Shown one piece after another: positions 17,509 to 27,721 of a stretch of DNA of 57,648 bases (positions are counted from its first letter, which is position 1; every line of letters begins with the position of its first letter). The DNA is taken from positions 1 through 57,648 of the forward strand of contig CAZLVX010000001.1 of NCBI GenBank assembly GCA_964562965.1, given 5' to 3'. Both the position numbers and the translations under genes were made by a program. Under the pieces are notes generated by a model. It ran no database searches, was not told where the DNA came from, and saw nothing but the letters and a program-made list of their open reading frames with translations. The DNA is from an uncultured Lishizhenia sp. (lineage in GTDB: Bacteria; Bacteroidota; Bacteroidia; Flavobacteriales_D; Crocinitomicaceae).

Positions 17509-20500
17509 TTAATTTAGCCGAAATTCCAAGTCCATTGATGCTAATTCCTTGAATAGTTCTTTTGTTGGAGAAACTCGAACTGAACGTGATGGCATGTTGA
17601 TCTCTATCCCCTCGTTTACGTCGTAAATGGTAAATTGAACTTGACAATTTCCTGAATTCTTCGTGAAAATTGTATTCAACTTGTCCAATAATAGCTGATC
17701 AACTTCACGATTTGAAAGTTTAATCGAGATCTGTTTGGTTTTCTTTTCTCTGAAATCATTTAATAATTCAATAGAACTTATCACAAACTCCAATTCCGAA
17801 CGATACCGAGGTATTTCAATTCTTCCTCTGATTACAATAAAGGTTCCTAATTCCATGAAATGCTTGAACTTGAGGTAGTTTTCTTTAAATAAAAACAGTT
17901 TAAAGGAATCACTATAATCCTCAATCATTATCGTCCCGAAAGCATCTCCATTTTTAGTAATCCGATGTTCGGCATCAGTCACAATGGCCGCTAAAACAAT
18001 TTCTTTATTTGCATATTGCTTCATTTGTTGCAACATCCCTATTGACCCATTACAGAAAGAGGATATTTCGATTTTAAAGTCATCCAAAGGGTGGCCAGAA
18101 ATAAATATCCCTATTACCTCTTTTTCTTTATTTAGTTTATAGATACTTGGCCATTCATCACACTTTGGAATCGTTGGTTCAACTGCGCTTACTTCTTCAG
18201 ACATCTCAAACATGCTGTGTTGAGCAGAATTATTATTTCCCTGGTGACTATTGCCATAGCGAATTGCTGTTTCCAGGAAAAGTCTTCCACTTCCATCTTG
18301 AACAAAATATTGAGCTCTGTGCATATTTTTAAAGGAATCAAATCCTCCAGAATAAACCAAATTCTCAAGGACGCGCCTATTGCAAGCACTCGAAGGAAGA
18401 CGTTTCGTTAAATCAAATATGGAGGCGTAATTTCCATTTTCTGAACGCTCTTTAATTATCGTATCAACAGGACCCTCACCTACTCCTTTTATTGCACCCA
18501 ATCCAAAGCGTATTGCTCCAGCCTTTGTTACAGTAAATGCATAATTGGATTCATTGATATCTGGACCTAAAACATCAATACCCATTCTTTTGCATTCTTC
18601 CATAAAAAAGGATACCTGTTTGATGTCGTTCATATTGTTACTCAATACGGAGGCCATATATTCAGCAGGATAATTTGCCTTTAAATAAGCAGTTTGATAT
18701 GCAACCCAAGCGTAGCATGTCGAGTGAGATTTATTGAAAGCGTAAGATGCAAAAGCTTCCCAATCTTTCCATATTTTCTCTAAAACTTCAGATGGATGTC
18801 CTTTCGCAGAGGCTCTTTCAATAAACGTAGGTTTCATTTTATCCAAAACCTTTCTGTCTTTTTTTCCCATTGCTTTACGCAAAGTATCGGCTTCACCCTT
18901 CGTAAAATCTGCCAGTTTTTGGGATAAAAGCATCACCTGCTCTTGGTAAACAGTAATTCCATATGTTTCTTTTAGATATTCTTCGCAATCCGCCAAATCA
19001 TAAACAATTTGCTCTTCACCATGCTTTCGACGACAAAACGAAGGTATGTATTCCATTGGACCTGGTCGATACAAAGCATTCATTGCAATTAAATCCGCAA
19101 ATTCCGTAGGCTTCAATTCTTTCAAATACTTCTGCATTCCGGCAGATTCGTATTGGAATATCCCAACTGTTTCTCCTCTTTGAAATAAAGCGTAGGTCTT
19201 TTCATCGTCGATAGGAAAAGAATCAGGATCGAGATCTAGTTGATGCGCTTCTTTAACGAATTTTACGGCATCTTTTATCAAAGTGAGAGTTTTCAATCCA
19301 AGAAAGTCCATTTTTAGTAATCCTGCAGATTCAGCAACTGCATTGTCGTATTGAGTACAAACCAAATCAGAGTCTTTCGCCGTGGCTACCGGAACGAACT
19401 TTGTTAAATCATCTGGGGTAATAATAACGCCGCAGGCATGAATTCCCGTATTTCTTACAGAACCTTCTATCTCCTTTGCCTTTCGTAAAACTTCTCCTTG
19501 CAAATCATTTGATTGCGCAATACGCCTTAATTCTTTAGCTGCAGCCACAGCCTCCTGATTTCGCAATTTATCGACTAAAACAGCTTCATCTAAGTTAAGT
19601 GTATCTCTCAAAGATAAATCACTGATCATTTTTGCTAATCGATCTGCTTCCGGTAAGGGTAAATTCATTACTCGTGCGGTATCTCGGATTGCTGATTTCG
19701 CCGCCATGGTGCCATAGGTGATGATTTGTGCAACTTGATTTGCACCATATTTATTGATTACATAATCAATTACCTTACCGCGACCTTCGTCATCAAAATC
19801 AATATCAATATCTGGCATGGAGACGCGATCAGGGTTAAGAAAACGCTCAAAAAGTAAATCATACTTTATCGGATCCACATTAGTAATACCCGTACAATAA
19901 GCAACTACAGAACCCGCAGCAGAACCTCTTCCTGGTCCGACAGAAACACCCATATCTCGAGCAGCTTGACAAAAATCTTGTACGATAAGGAAATATCCAG
20001 GATAACCTGTTCGCTCAATTGTGCCAAGCTCAAAATCTATTCGCTCTTGGATTTCAGGTGTTATGTCTTTGTAGCGCTTCTTCGCTCCTTCAATGGTCAG
20101 GAAGCGTAAAAAATTATTTTCACCTCTTTTACCACCATCCGCCAAATCATTGTCATCACGGAATTCTGATGGAATCTCGAAAGCAGGAAGTAATACATCT
20201 CTTGAAAGACCATACGATTCGCACTTCTGAATAATTTCACCAATGCTTTTAATTGCTTCAGGAATATCCGAAAAGAGCTCCAACATTTCCTTTTTTGACT
20301 TAAAATAATAGTGATCATTTTCTAAGCCATATCGAAAACCTCTCCCTCGTCCTTTTGGAGTTTCCACCAATTCATTGTCTTTCACACACAATAAAACGTC
20401 ATGTGCTAAAGCGTCCTCTTTTGAAAGGTAATACGTGTTATTTGTTGCAACTAATTTAACTTGATGCTTTTTTGAAAAATCAATTAAGGTTGTATTGACG

Positions 20501-21864
20501 CGATCTTCAACTTCTAAATAATGTCTATTCAATTCTAGGTAAAAATCCTCTCCAAAAAGAGTTTTCCACCAAACGAGGGCTTCTTCAGCTTGACGTTCAC
20601 CAACATTTAAAATTAAATTTGGAATTTCTCCATATAAATTTCCGGATAATGCAATTAGGTGACTTGCGTGTTTTTCTAAAATCTCTCTATCGATTCGCGG
20701 TACATAATACATTCCCTCAGTATAAGCAACAGATGCTAATTTGATGAGGTTTTCATATCCCTGTTTATTTTTTGCTAAAAGTACAATTTGATACCCGTTA
20801 TCTTTTTGAGTTTTATCAAGACGATTTCTACATAAATTAAACTCGCATCCTATAATAGGCAACAGTTCTTTCTTCGAAAATGGAATACCATTCTCCTGTG
20901 CCTCTTTTCTATCTGCCGCAATTTTTTGATTGTATGATGATACAGCTTTCTCAAATTGAAATGCCGCCATCATATTTCCGGTATCTGTTATAGCGACGGC
21001 CTCCATTTCTAACTCAATAGCTTTATTCACAAGAGCCTTAACCTCGGAAGTGGATTGTAATATAGAAAATTGTGTGTGGTTATGCAGATGTCCAAAAGGA
21101 AGATCCAAAAGTGTGGATAAATCCGAATTATCTACTTCGGTGTTTTGCTCTTGTTTTTTGGGAGCTGGTCTTAACTTGGCACTTTCTTGTTTCAAGTTAA
21201 CATGACTTAAACCAATCGGTGATATTTGAATAGGGTTCTTCAATTTAAACGCTTCCAAGAAATCCTCTTTTTGTTGAAGAGCATCAGCTGGAAAAAATTC
21301 TTGCCTAATTAACTCGAGAAAACATCGCGATGTAGCCTCAACATCGGCAGTTGCATTATGTGCCTCCTCAAACCCTTCATTGAATAAAAAGTAATTCAAT
21401 TCCGTTAGTGATGGCAATTTAAATTTCCCTCCCTTTCCTCCGGGAAGTTTTAGCAGTTCAGCAGTTTTTTCAGTACATGTATCTAAAATAGGATGATGAA
21501 AAGGAACCTCCTCTTGCAACCTGTAGAACTCACAACCTAATACATTTAAATCAAATCCAACATTGTGACCGACAACAAAGGTTGCTTTTTGTAAACTTCT
21601 TTTAAACAGGTGCAACACATCTTCCAATTCTTCTCCCACCATGTTGGCGAGTTCCGTTGAAATTCCGTGAATACTTTCGGATTCAAAAGGAATATTAAAA
21701 CCGTTCGGACGAATTACAAAATCTTTTTGTTCTACCAAAACTCCCCATTCATCGTGCAACTGCCAAGCAATTTGAACCACTCTCGGCCAATTTTCTGTGT
21801 CACTAATTGGAGCATTGAAATTCTTCGGTAAACCCGTGGTTTCGGTATCAAAAATTAAATACAT
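17509..21864 (-). CDS. dnaE: DNA polymerase III alpha subunit with fused N-terminal DEDDh 3'-5' exonuclease domain
   Basis: 1451 aa. The N-terminus carries IFDTETTG (Exo I), GHNVGFD (Exo II) and HNATADVEAT (Exo III). It is followed by a PHP domain (HLHNHTQFSILQS) and the polymerase core (...GLLKMDFLGLKTL...), plus a C-terminal OB region. Confidence 0.95.
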   Translation of the reverse strand: MYLIFDTETTGLPKNFNAPISDTENWPRVVQIAWQLHDEWGVLVEQKDFVIRPNGFNIPFESESIHGISTELANMVGEELEDVLHLFKRSLQKATFVVGHNVGFDLNVLGCEFYRLQEEVPFHHPILDTCTEKTAELLKLPGGKGGKFKLPSLTELNYFLFNEGFEEAHNATADVEATSRCFLELIRQEFFPADALQQKEDFLEAFKLKNPIQISPIGLSHVNLKQESAKLRPAPKKQEQNTEVDNSDLSTLLDLPFGHLHNHTQFSILQSTSEVKALVNKAIELEMEAVAITDTGNMMAAFQFEKAVSSYNQKIAADRKEAQENGIPFSKKELLPIIGCEFNLCRNRLDKTQKDNGYQIVLLAKNKQGYENLIKLASVAYTEGMYYVPRIDREILEKHASHLIALSGNLYGEIPNLILNVGERQAEEALVWWKTLFGEDFYLELNRHYLEVEDRVNTTLIDFSKKHQVKLVATNNTYYLSKEDALAHDVLLCVKDNELVETPKGRGRGFRYGLENDHYYFKSKKEMLELFSDIPEAIKSIGEIIQKCESYGLSRDVLLPAFEIPSEFRDDNDLADGGKRGENNFLRFLTIEGAKKRYKDITPEIQERIDFELGTIERTGYPGYFLIVQDFCQAARDMGVSVGPGRGSAAGSVVAYCTGITNVDPIKYDLLFERFLNPDRVSMPDIDIDFDDEGRGKVIDYVINKYGANQVAQIITYGTMAAKSAIRDTARVMNLPLPEADRLAKMISDLSLRDTLNLDEAVLVDKLRNQEAVAAAKELRRIAQSNDLQGEVLRKAKEIEGSVRNTGIHACGVIITPDDLTKFVPVATAKDSDLVCTQYDNAVAESAGLLKMDFLGLKTLTLIKDAVKFVKEAHQLDLDPDSFPIDDEKTYALFQRGETVGIFQYESAGMQKYLKELKPTEFADLIAMNALYRPGPMEYIPSFCRRKHGEEQIVYDLADCEEYLKETYGITVYQEQVMLLSQKLADFTKGEADTLRKAMGKKDRKVLDKMKPTFIERASAKGHPSEVLEKIWKDWEAFASYAFNKSHSTCYAWVAYQTAYLKANYPAEYMASVLSNNMNDIKQVSFFMEECKRMGIDVLGPDINESNYAFTVTKAGAIRFGLGAIKGVGEGPVDTIIKERSENGNYASIFDLTKRLPSSACNRRVLENLVYSGGFDSFKNMHRAQYFVQDGSGRLFLETAIRYGNSHQGNNNSAQHSMFEMSEEVSAVEPTIPKCDEWPSIYKLNKEKEVIGIFISGHPLDDFKIEISSFCNGSIGMLQQMKQYANKEIVLAAIVTDAEHRITKNGDAFGTIMIEDYSDSFKLFLFKENYLKFKHFMELGTFIVIRGRIEIPRYRSELEFVISSIELLNDFREKKTKQISIKLSNREVDQLLLDKLNTIFTKNSGNCQVQFTIYDVNEGIEINMPSRSVRVSPTKELFKELASMDLEFRLN

Positions 21865-21865
21865 G

Positions 21866-21880
21866 AGATAATAATTATCA
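21866..21880. promoter_or_regulatory. Fur-box-like palindrome AGATAATAATTATCA
   Basis: Perfect inverted repeat GATAAT-A-ATTATC. Matches 14/15 positions of the 7-1-7 consensus TGATAATnATTATCA. Lies 2 nt upstream of the dnaE ATG and 63 nt past the feoB stop. Confidence 0.25.
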
Positions 21881-21942
21881 GAAATCTAAAGATAACAATT
21901 ATAGTTTCTCAAATTAACAGTTGTGAATAACTAAAATGAATC

Positions 21943-23901
21943 CTAGGAAAATAATATAAAGGTGATAAAGGAAGCAGAATAGGCTAAAACCCCCATGAAA
22001 ACAATTTGAATAATTGGCCATTTCCATGAGTTGGTCTCTCTTTTAACTACTGCCAGTGTCGCCATACATTGCATAGCAAAAACATAAAATACCATTAAAC
22101 TCATACCAGTGGCTAATGTGTATACCGGTGTACCGTCAGGTTTTAGTTCTTTTTTTAATCGGTCGATTAATCGGTCGTTCTCCTCGCTTTCGTCATGTAC
22201 TGCATATATTGTTGCTAAGGATCCAACAAAAACTTCACGGGCTGCAAAAGAAGTGATTAAAGAAATTCCGATTTTCCAATCATAACCCAAAGGTGCAATC
22301 ACTGGTTCAAGACCTTTTCCCATAATTCCGATGTAGGAATGTTCCAATTTGACGCTTGCAATTTGTTGCTCTTTTTCATCTTCAGAAAGTGAAGAAGATG
22401 CTAAGGATTCTTCTCTTTTTTTCGCTTCAATTTCCATTGTGTTTCCCGGACCAAATGTAGCCATTGCCCAAAGAATGATTGAAATTGCCAGAATTACTTT
22501 TCCTGCATCCAGTGAGAATATTTTAACCTTTTCTAAAACGTTGATAATTACATTTTTCCAACGAGGGGATTTGTAACTTGGAAGTTCTAAAAGTAAATAT
22601 CCTACAGATTTAATTTTTATAAGTTTATTTAGTATTATAGCGACGAGTAAGGCCGACACAATTCCAAGTAAATAAAGGCCCATGAGCACAATTCCTTGTA
22701 AATTAAATATTCCCGCAACATCTTCGTTCGGTATAGTCAACGAAATTAATAAAGTGAATACAGGAATACGCGCACTGCAACTCATTAGTGGAGCAACAAA
22801 AATTGTAATCAAGCGCTCCTTCCAATCAGCAATTGTTCGAGTAGCCATAACCCCAGGGATGGCACAGGCCACACTGGACATCAGAGGAACCACACTTTTA
22901 CCATTTAATCCAAATGGCCTCATCAATCTGTCCATTAAAAATACAACTCGCGCTAGATAACCCGTTTCCTCCAAAACGGATAAAAAGAAGAACAAAAGAG
23001 CGATTTGAGGTATAAATACCACAACTCCCCCTATTCCAGGAATAATTCCTTGCGAAACCAAGTCATTAAACAAGCCCGATTGCATAGTTGTTCCGACCCA
23101 TTCTGACAACTGACTAAATTTTAAATCAATAAAATCCATGGGAATGACAGCGAAACTGAAAATAAACTGAAAAACTGCGAAAAGAACAAAAAGAAAAATC
23201 AAGTAGCCAAATACAGGATGTGTAAGGATTTTATCAATTTTTTTAGTTCTCTCTTCTACAACAGGCTTGGATTTTAAAAAATGAGGGAGTTTCTCGTTTA
23301 TCCAACCATATCTGATTTTAATTTCATTCTCCTGACTTTTTTTATCTTCAATTTTGGATAACTCAAAGGAATCAATTATCGGAGAATAATTTGATGTTTC
23401 AATAGTCTTTTCTAGTGCCTCGAATATTCTTTCTTTACCTAAACCCACACGCGCATTAGTCTGCACGAATGTCACGCCCGGAAAAGTTTTTTCTAAATTG
23501 GAGAGGTCAATTGTCAATCCTCTTTTCTCTACTAAATCCCACATGTTTAAAATAGCTACAATTGGAATTTTTAAGTCATAAAGTTGAGTTAACAGCAATA
23601 AATTTCGAGAAAGATTAGAACTATCCAGAACAACGCATGCCATGTCTGGAAAATCAAGGTGATTCGGTTCTTTTAAGACATCGTACACCACCTGTTCGTC
23701 CTGACTTGTTGGATATAGTGAATAAATCCCGGGGAAATCGAAGATGGTGAAGGTTTTTACTGAACGCTTGATTACCCCGTATTTTTTTTCTACGGTTACA
23801 CCAGGAAAATTTCCCACGTGTTGATTTAACCCTGTCAGCATATTAAACAAAGAACTTTTTCCTGTATTCGGATTTCCAAAAAGTCCAATTTTCAGCGTCA
23901 T
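21943..23901 (-). CDS. feoB: ferrous iron transporter FeoB
   Basis: 652 aa with an N-terminal G-domain (GNPNTGKSSLFN, DFPGIYSL) and a multi-TM permease domain. Confidence 0.95.
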   Translation of the reverse strand: MTLKIGLFGNPNTGKSSLFNMLTGLNQHVGNFPGVTVEKKYGVIKRSVKTFTIFDFPGIYSLYPTSQDEQVVYDVLKEPNHLDFPDMACVVLDSSNLSRNLLLLTQLYDLKIPIVAILNMWDLVEKRGLTIDLSNLEKTFPGVTFVQTNARVGLGKERIFEALEKTIETSNYSPIIDSFELSKIEDKKSQENEIKIRYGWINEKLPHFLKSKPVVEERTKKIDKILTHPVFGYLIFLFVLFAVFQFIFSFAVIPMDFIDLKFSQLSEWVGTTMQSGLFNDLVSQGIIPGIGGVVVFIPQIALLFFFLSVLEETGYLARVVFLMDRLMRPFGLNGKSVVPLMSSVACAIPGVMATRTIADWKERLITIFVAPLMSCSARIPVFTLLISLTIPNEDVAGIFNLQGIVLMGLYLLGIVSALLVAIILNKLIKIKSVGYLLLELPSYKSPRWKNVIINVLEKVKIFSLDAGKVILAISIILWAMATFGPGNTMEIEAKKREESLASSSLSEDEKEQQIASVKLEHSYIGIMGKGLEPVIAPLGYDWKIGISLITSFAAREVFVGSLATIYAVHDESEENDRLIDRLKKELKPDGTPVYTLATGMSLMVFYVFAMQCMATLAVVKRETNSWKWPIIQIVFMGVLAYSASFITFILFS

Positions 23902-24122
23902 ATCAATTGAATTTTTACAAGACTTGCCTCTTTTTTACGCAATGATAAGAGGCTGCCATTCAACTCAATAGCAATTGGGTCTCCAAAAGGTGCTTTGAAC
24001 GCAACGGATAACTCTGCTCCTTCAATAAGGCCCATTTCTGCCATTTTTGCACTTAAGGATGATGGTAAAACCTCCAGAATAACCGCCTTGTTACCTAACT
24101 CAAGATCTAATAATGTAGACAC
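23898..24122 (-). CDS. feoA: FeoA family protein
   Basis: 74-aa SH3-like small protein with a GTG start. Its TGA stop overlaps the feoB ATG (ATGA). Confidence 0.85.
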   Translation of the reverse strand: MSTLLDLELGNKAVILEVLPSSLSAKMAEMGLIEGAELSVAFKAPFGDPIAIELNGSLLSLRKKEASLVKIQLI

Positions 24123-24172
24123 AGGGTAAAATTAATAGGAATAGAAGAATTCACACTACCTTAAATTAGGTA

Positions 24173-25450
24173 TTATTTATTTTTTTTCACAACGAAACGA
24201 GCCGTTTGTCTCGTTCTTTGTTGAACTAGTATTTCTTTATTTGCGGTGACTTTCTGAATCGTTGATTCATCATAATGACGAATAGTGATCAATTCCAATC
24301 CCTCATTATATTTCACATGATAACTATCACTAAACATATGTAAAACATCTTCTGGATTAACTTTCTTTCTGTCAAGAAGTATCGAAAAACTCAATGCTGA
24401 GTTCTGCATCATATTAATCTTCGCATTCGCATTCGCTAAACGCTTAAAAATATCGCTTAAATTTTCTTCCACGAGAAAAGAAAAATCCTTTGGTGTAATG
24501 GTGTATAATACTTGGTCGAATTTTAAGATGTAAGAAGGTACTAAACTATCAAAATCACTTTTTTCTTGAATAACAGTTCCGTTTTCCTCGGGCTTGATAA
24601 ACGACTTCACATAAAGTGGTATATTTCTGTTCTGGAGAGGTTTAACCGTTTTAGGATGTATAACACTTGCGCCATAATAGGAAAGTTCAATTGCTTCTTT
24701 GAAGGAGATTTGTTTCAATAAAACTGTATCATCAAAAAGTTTTGGATCAGCATTTAGCATACCAGGAACATCCTTCCAAATCGTCACACCTTCAGCCTTG
24801 AGGCAATATGCAAATATTCCCGCAGTATAGTCCGAACCCTCTCTCCCTAGCGTAGTTGTCATTCCTTCGGGGGTATGACCTAAAAATCCTTGTGTTACTA
24901 GAATTTTATTTTGTGTGAAAAGTGGTTCCACATTTCCTTGAATCAATTCTTCGGTTTTTTTCCAATCAACATTTCCTTCTTGGTAATTATTGTCAGTTCT
25001 AACTAAGGAACGCGCATCAAGCCAAACAGACGAGAATCCCCTCTCAACTAGGTAAGCGTTAATCACATGAGTTGACAGAACTTCTCCTAACGAAACAATT
25101 TGGTCGTATTCAAATGAAAAATTTTCTGAGAATGGTTTTTTAAATCTTAATTTTAACTGATCGAAAATATCTTCGATGATTCCGTAGATTTTAAAGTGTC
25201 TATCTGAAAATAATGACTGAAGGATTTGAAAATGAAAATCTTCGAGCTCATGAACCAATCTCATAAAGGAATGTTCTTCTCCACGTTGATAAGCAAAAAC
25301 GATTTCTTCCAGTTTATTGGTTGTTTTTCCCATGGCCGACACAATCACTAACAGCTTATCTTTAGGGTACCGTGATAATATGGAGGCAACATTTTGAATG
25401 GCGGAAGGATCTTTTACTGAAGCTCCTCCAAATTTGAATACTTTAACCAT
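24173..25450 (-). CDS. lysC: aspartate kinase
   Basis: 425 aa with MVKVFKFGGASVKD, ...TLGREGSDYTA... and C-terminal ACT-like repeats. Confidence 0.9.
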   Translation of the reverse strand: MVKVFKFGGASVKDPSAIQNVASILSRYPKDKLLVIVSAMGKTTNKLEEIVFAYQRGEEHSFMRLVHELEDFHFQILQSLFSDRHFKIYGIIEDIFDQLKLRFKKPFSENFSFEYDQIVSLGEVLSTHVINAYLVERGFSSVWLDARSLVRTDNNYQEGNVDWKKTEELIQGNVEPLFTQNKILVTQGFLGHTPEGMTTTLGREGSDYTAGIFAYCLKAEGVTIWKDVPGMLNADPKLFDDTVLLKQISFKEAIELSYYGASVIHPKTVKPLQNRNIPLYVKSFIKPEENGTVIQEKSDFDSLVPSYILKFDQVLYTITPKDFSFLVEENLSDIFKRLANANAKINMMQNSALSFSILLDRKKVNPEDVLHMFSDSYHVKYNEGLELITIRHYDESTIQKVTANKEILVQQRTRQTARFVVKKNK

Positions 25451-26455
25451 TTATGTTAATTTTTCTGACAAATTATTTACTGCTTCTTGCGGATTAATCC
25501 CTTGATAAATTACGGCATTAACCATTTCCAATATAGGCATTTCTACTTTAAACTTCTGATTGATTTCAACCAATGACTTGGTAGCATAATATCCTTCAGC
25601 GACCATTTTCATTTCTAGTTGTGCATTCGCTACAGAATATCCTTTTCCGATCATGAATCCGAAGGTTCTATTTCTTGAGAAATTTGAATAGGCCGTTACC
25701 AACAAATCTCCCAAGTAAGCACTTGTTTTCGTATCTCTATGAATTGGACTTACCTCATCGATAAATCGCTCTATTTCTTGAATTGCATTCGCAATTAGAA
25801 CGGATTGAAAATTATCGCCGTAACCAAGTCCCGAGCAAATTCCGGCTGCCAATGCATAGACATTCTTTAGAATCGCAGAAAGTTCAGTTCCGAATAAATC
25901 ATCCGACTCGGTTGTTCTTATGTACCTATTCGCCAAAAAAGAAGCTACTGCATGTGATTTGGCATTGTCCAAGCAAGCGATTGTTAGGTAACTTAATCTT
26001 TCCATCGCAACTTCTTCGGCATGACAAGGACCGCAAATGATTCCGATATTTTCGTATGGAATATTAAAGGATTTATGTAGGTAACGAGCAGGGATTGCAT
26101 TGAATTCAGGCACAATACCTTTTACTGCCGAAAATATAGTTTTTCCCTCGAAATGCTCCTTCGTCAACCCGTTAAATGTTGAATTCATATACGCCGCAGG
26201 CACAACAATAATTATGATTTCGCATGAATGTATTGAATTCACTAAATCTGTTGAAAGTGTAATATTCGACAGATCGTATTCAACTGATTGGAGATAGTTC
26301 GGATGATGCTTGAATTTACGGATATGTTCAACCGCTTTCTCATTTCTCATCCACCACTGAACAGCATATCCATTCGATGAAATAATTTTCGTAAGTGCCG
26401 ATGCCCAACTTCCGCCGCCGATAATGGCTACTTTTCCGATGTGAGGTGAATGCAT
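25451..26455 (-). CDS. gpsA: NAD(P)H-dependent glycerol-3-phosphate dehydrogenase
   Basis: Start set at MHSPHIGKVAIIGGGSWASAL (Rossmann fold), because a -7 box lies inside the longer track ORF (to 26488). The stop abuts the lysC ATG. Confidence 0.9.
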   Translation of the reverse strand: MHSPHIGKVAIIGGGSWASALTKIISSNGYAVQWWMRNEKAVEHIRKFKHHPNYLQSVEYDLSNITLSTDLVNSIHSCEIIIIVVPAAYMNSTFNGLTKEHFEGKTIFSAVKGIVPEFNAIPARYLHKSFNIPYENIGIICGPCHAEEVAMERLSYLTIACLDNAKSHAVASFLANRYIRTTESDDLFGTELSAILKNVYALAAGICSGLGYGDNFQSVLIANAIQEIERFIDEVSPIHRDTKTSAYLGDLLVTAYSNFSRNRTFGFMIGKGYSVANAQLEMKMVAEGYYATKSLVEINQKFKVEMPILEMVNAVIYQGINPQEAVNNLSEKLT

Positions 26456-26460
26456 GGAAA

Positions 26461-26468
26461 CAAAGATA
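26461..26468 (-). promoter_or_regulatory. -7 box TATCTTTG upstream of gpsA
   Basis: Minus-strand TATCTTTG, 5 nt before the ATG at 26455. Confidence 0.4.
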
Positions 26469-26542
26469 CAATTTCTCGAATTAAGCAATAGAATTGAATG
26501 AAACCAAAAAATAATTTACACGTATGTAGGGAATTATAATTC

Positions 26543-27721
26543 ATGACTTTCAAATCACGTATACGTAATTTTTTTGCCAATAAATGGGTGCGTATTCCGT
26601 ACTACTTTTTTTTATACGTATTTGCAATTCTCGGGGCAGGTGTTTTTTTAGCATGGGTCATGTTTCAGACTGGATTGATGTCTTCTAATGATTTTGGTAT
26701 GGTGGATCCTAACAACCGCTACTTCCAAGAAATGGACGACAAATACAATCAGGGATTTAAAACCGACAGCGTTAATGTTGTAAAGCATCGTTACGAAGCC
26801 TTAAATAGAATTATGCTGCTGAATCGCTATTATCCTCTGAACGCAAACTATATATTGAAGGCATGGACAGAAACCAAAGATGAAAAATTAACCCTAAGAA
26901 TGCTGGATGCCGTTGATCTTCGTATGCGAGAAAATAGCCAGTATCAATCTGATTTAGCACAGATGCAAAACAATCTTTCGCCTCGTCAAAACACTAATTT
27001 AAGCGTTTTTGAATGGATGAATATTGCGGAATGGATTGCTTTTAAGGAAGCCGTTAAAAAAGATAAATACTACATTGATTCTGCTGCAAAGGTGTCAGGA
27101 GTTGAACCACGCTTAATTGTAGCATGTCTTGTTGGAGAACAAATTCGTCTTTTCAATTCAAAACGAGAATCCTACAAAAAATATATTGGGCCTCTTAAAA
27201 TTTTGGTGGTTGAAAATAATTTCTCTTATGGTGTTACCGGAATCAAAGAAACGACGGCTCAGCAAATAGAACAAAATCTAAAAGATAAAAATTCAACATA
27301 TTACTTGGGTGCTGAGTATGAACACTTATTGGACTATGATTCCACTCAAAACTTCGATGCCGCAGTCAATGAAGGTATGAGTCCTACTATAAAACGACTG
27401 GTACAAATGAAAAATCATTATTATTCTTATTTGTACACAGCCCTTTTTGTAAAACAAATTAAAATGCAATGGGAAAGAGCTGGTTTTCCAATCAACGACC
27501 GTCCAGAAATTTTTGCTTCATTGTTCAACCTTGGTTTTAATAAATCCAAACCAAAAGCAAATCCAGAAGTTGGAGGATCTAGTTTCGAGGTGGGCAATAC
27601 CCAATATTCTTTTGGTGCTGTCGCCTTTGAATTTTACTACTCTGGCGAATTACAGGAAATATTTCCTTTCAAACGGGCACGTTTTGATTACGAGAAAGTA
27701 CCCGAGCCGAAATTATTTTAG
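26543..27721 (+). CDS. hypothetical membrane-anchored protein (one N-terminal TM helix)
   Basis: 392 aa with an N-terminal helix IPYYFFLYVFAILGAGVFLAWVMF. No confident family. There is a weak resemblance to a lytic transglycosylase motif (see findings). Confidence 0.6.
   Translation: MTFKSRIRNFFANKWVRIPYYFFLYVFAILGAGVFLAWVMFQTGLMSSNDFGMVDPNNRYFQEMDDKYNQGFKTDSVNVVKHRYEALNRIMLLNRYYPLNANYILKAWTETKDEKLTLRMLDAVDLRMRENSQYQSDLAQMQNNLSPRQNTNLSVFEWMNIAEWIAFKEAVKKDKYYIDSAAKVSGVEPRLIVACLVGEQIRLFNSKRESYKKYIGPLKILVVENNFSYGVTGIKETTAQQIEQNLKDKNSTYYLGAEYEHLLDYDSTQNFDAAVNEGMSPTIKRLVQMKNHYYSYLYTALFVKQIKMQWERAGFPINDRPEIFASLFNLGFNKSKPKANPEVGGSSFEVGNTQYSFGAVAFEFYYSGELQEIFPFKRARFDYEKVPEPKLF

Noticed and set aside
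18147-18411. Cluster of 60-66-aa ORFs on both strands inside dnaE, with a similar cluster at 20019..20318.
   Set aside because: They lie wholly inside a 1451-aa ORF with unambiguous DnaE motifs. They are short with no features, as expected of chance ORFs in AT-rich coding DNA.
24123-24172. Expected Fur or iron-responsive operator upstream of feoA.
   Set aside because: Reading both strands of the 50-bp gap showed no GATAAT-type dyad. feoAB may be read through from gpsA-lysC or regulated by a motif I cannot recognise.
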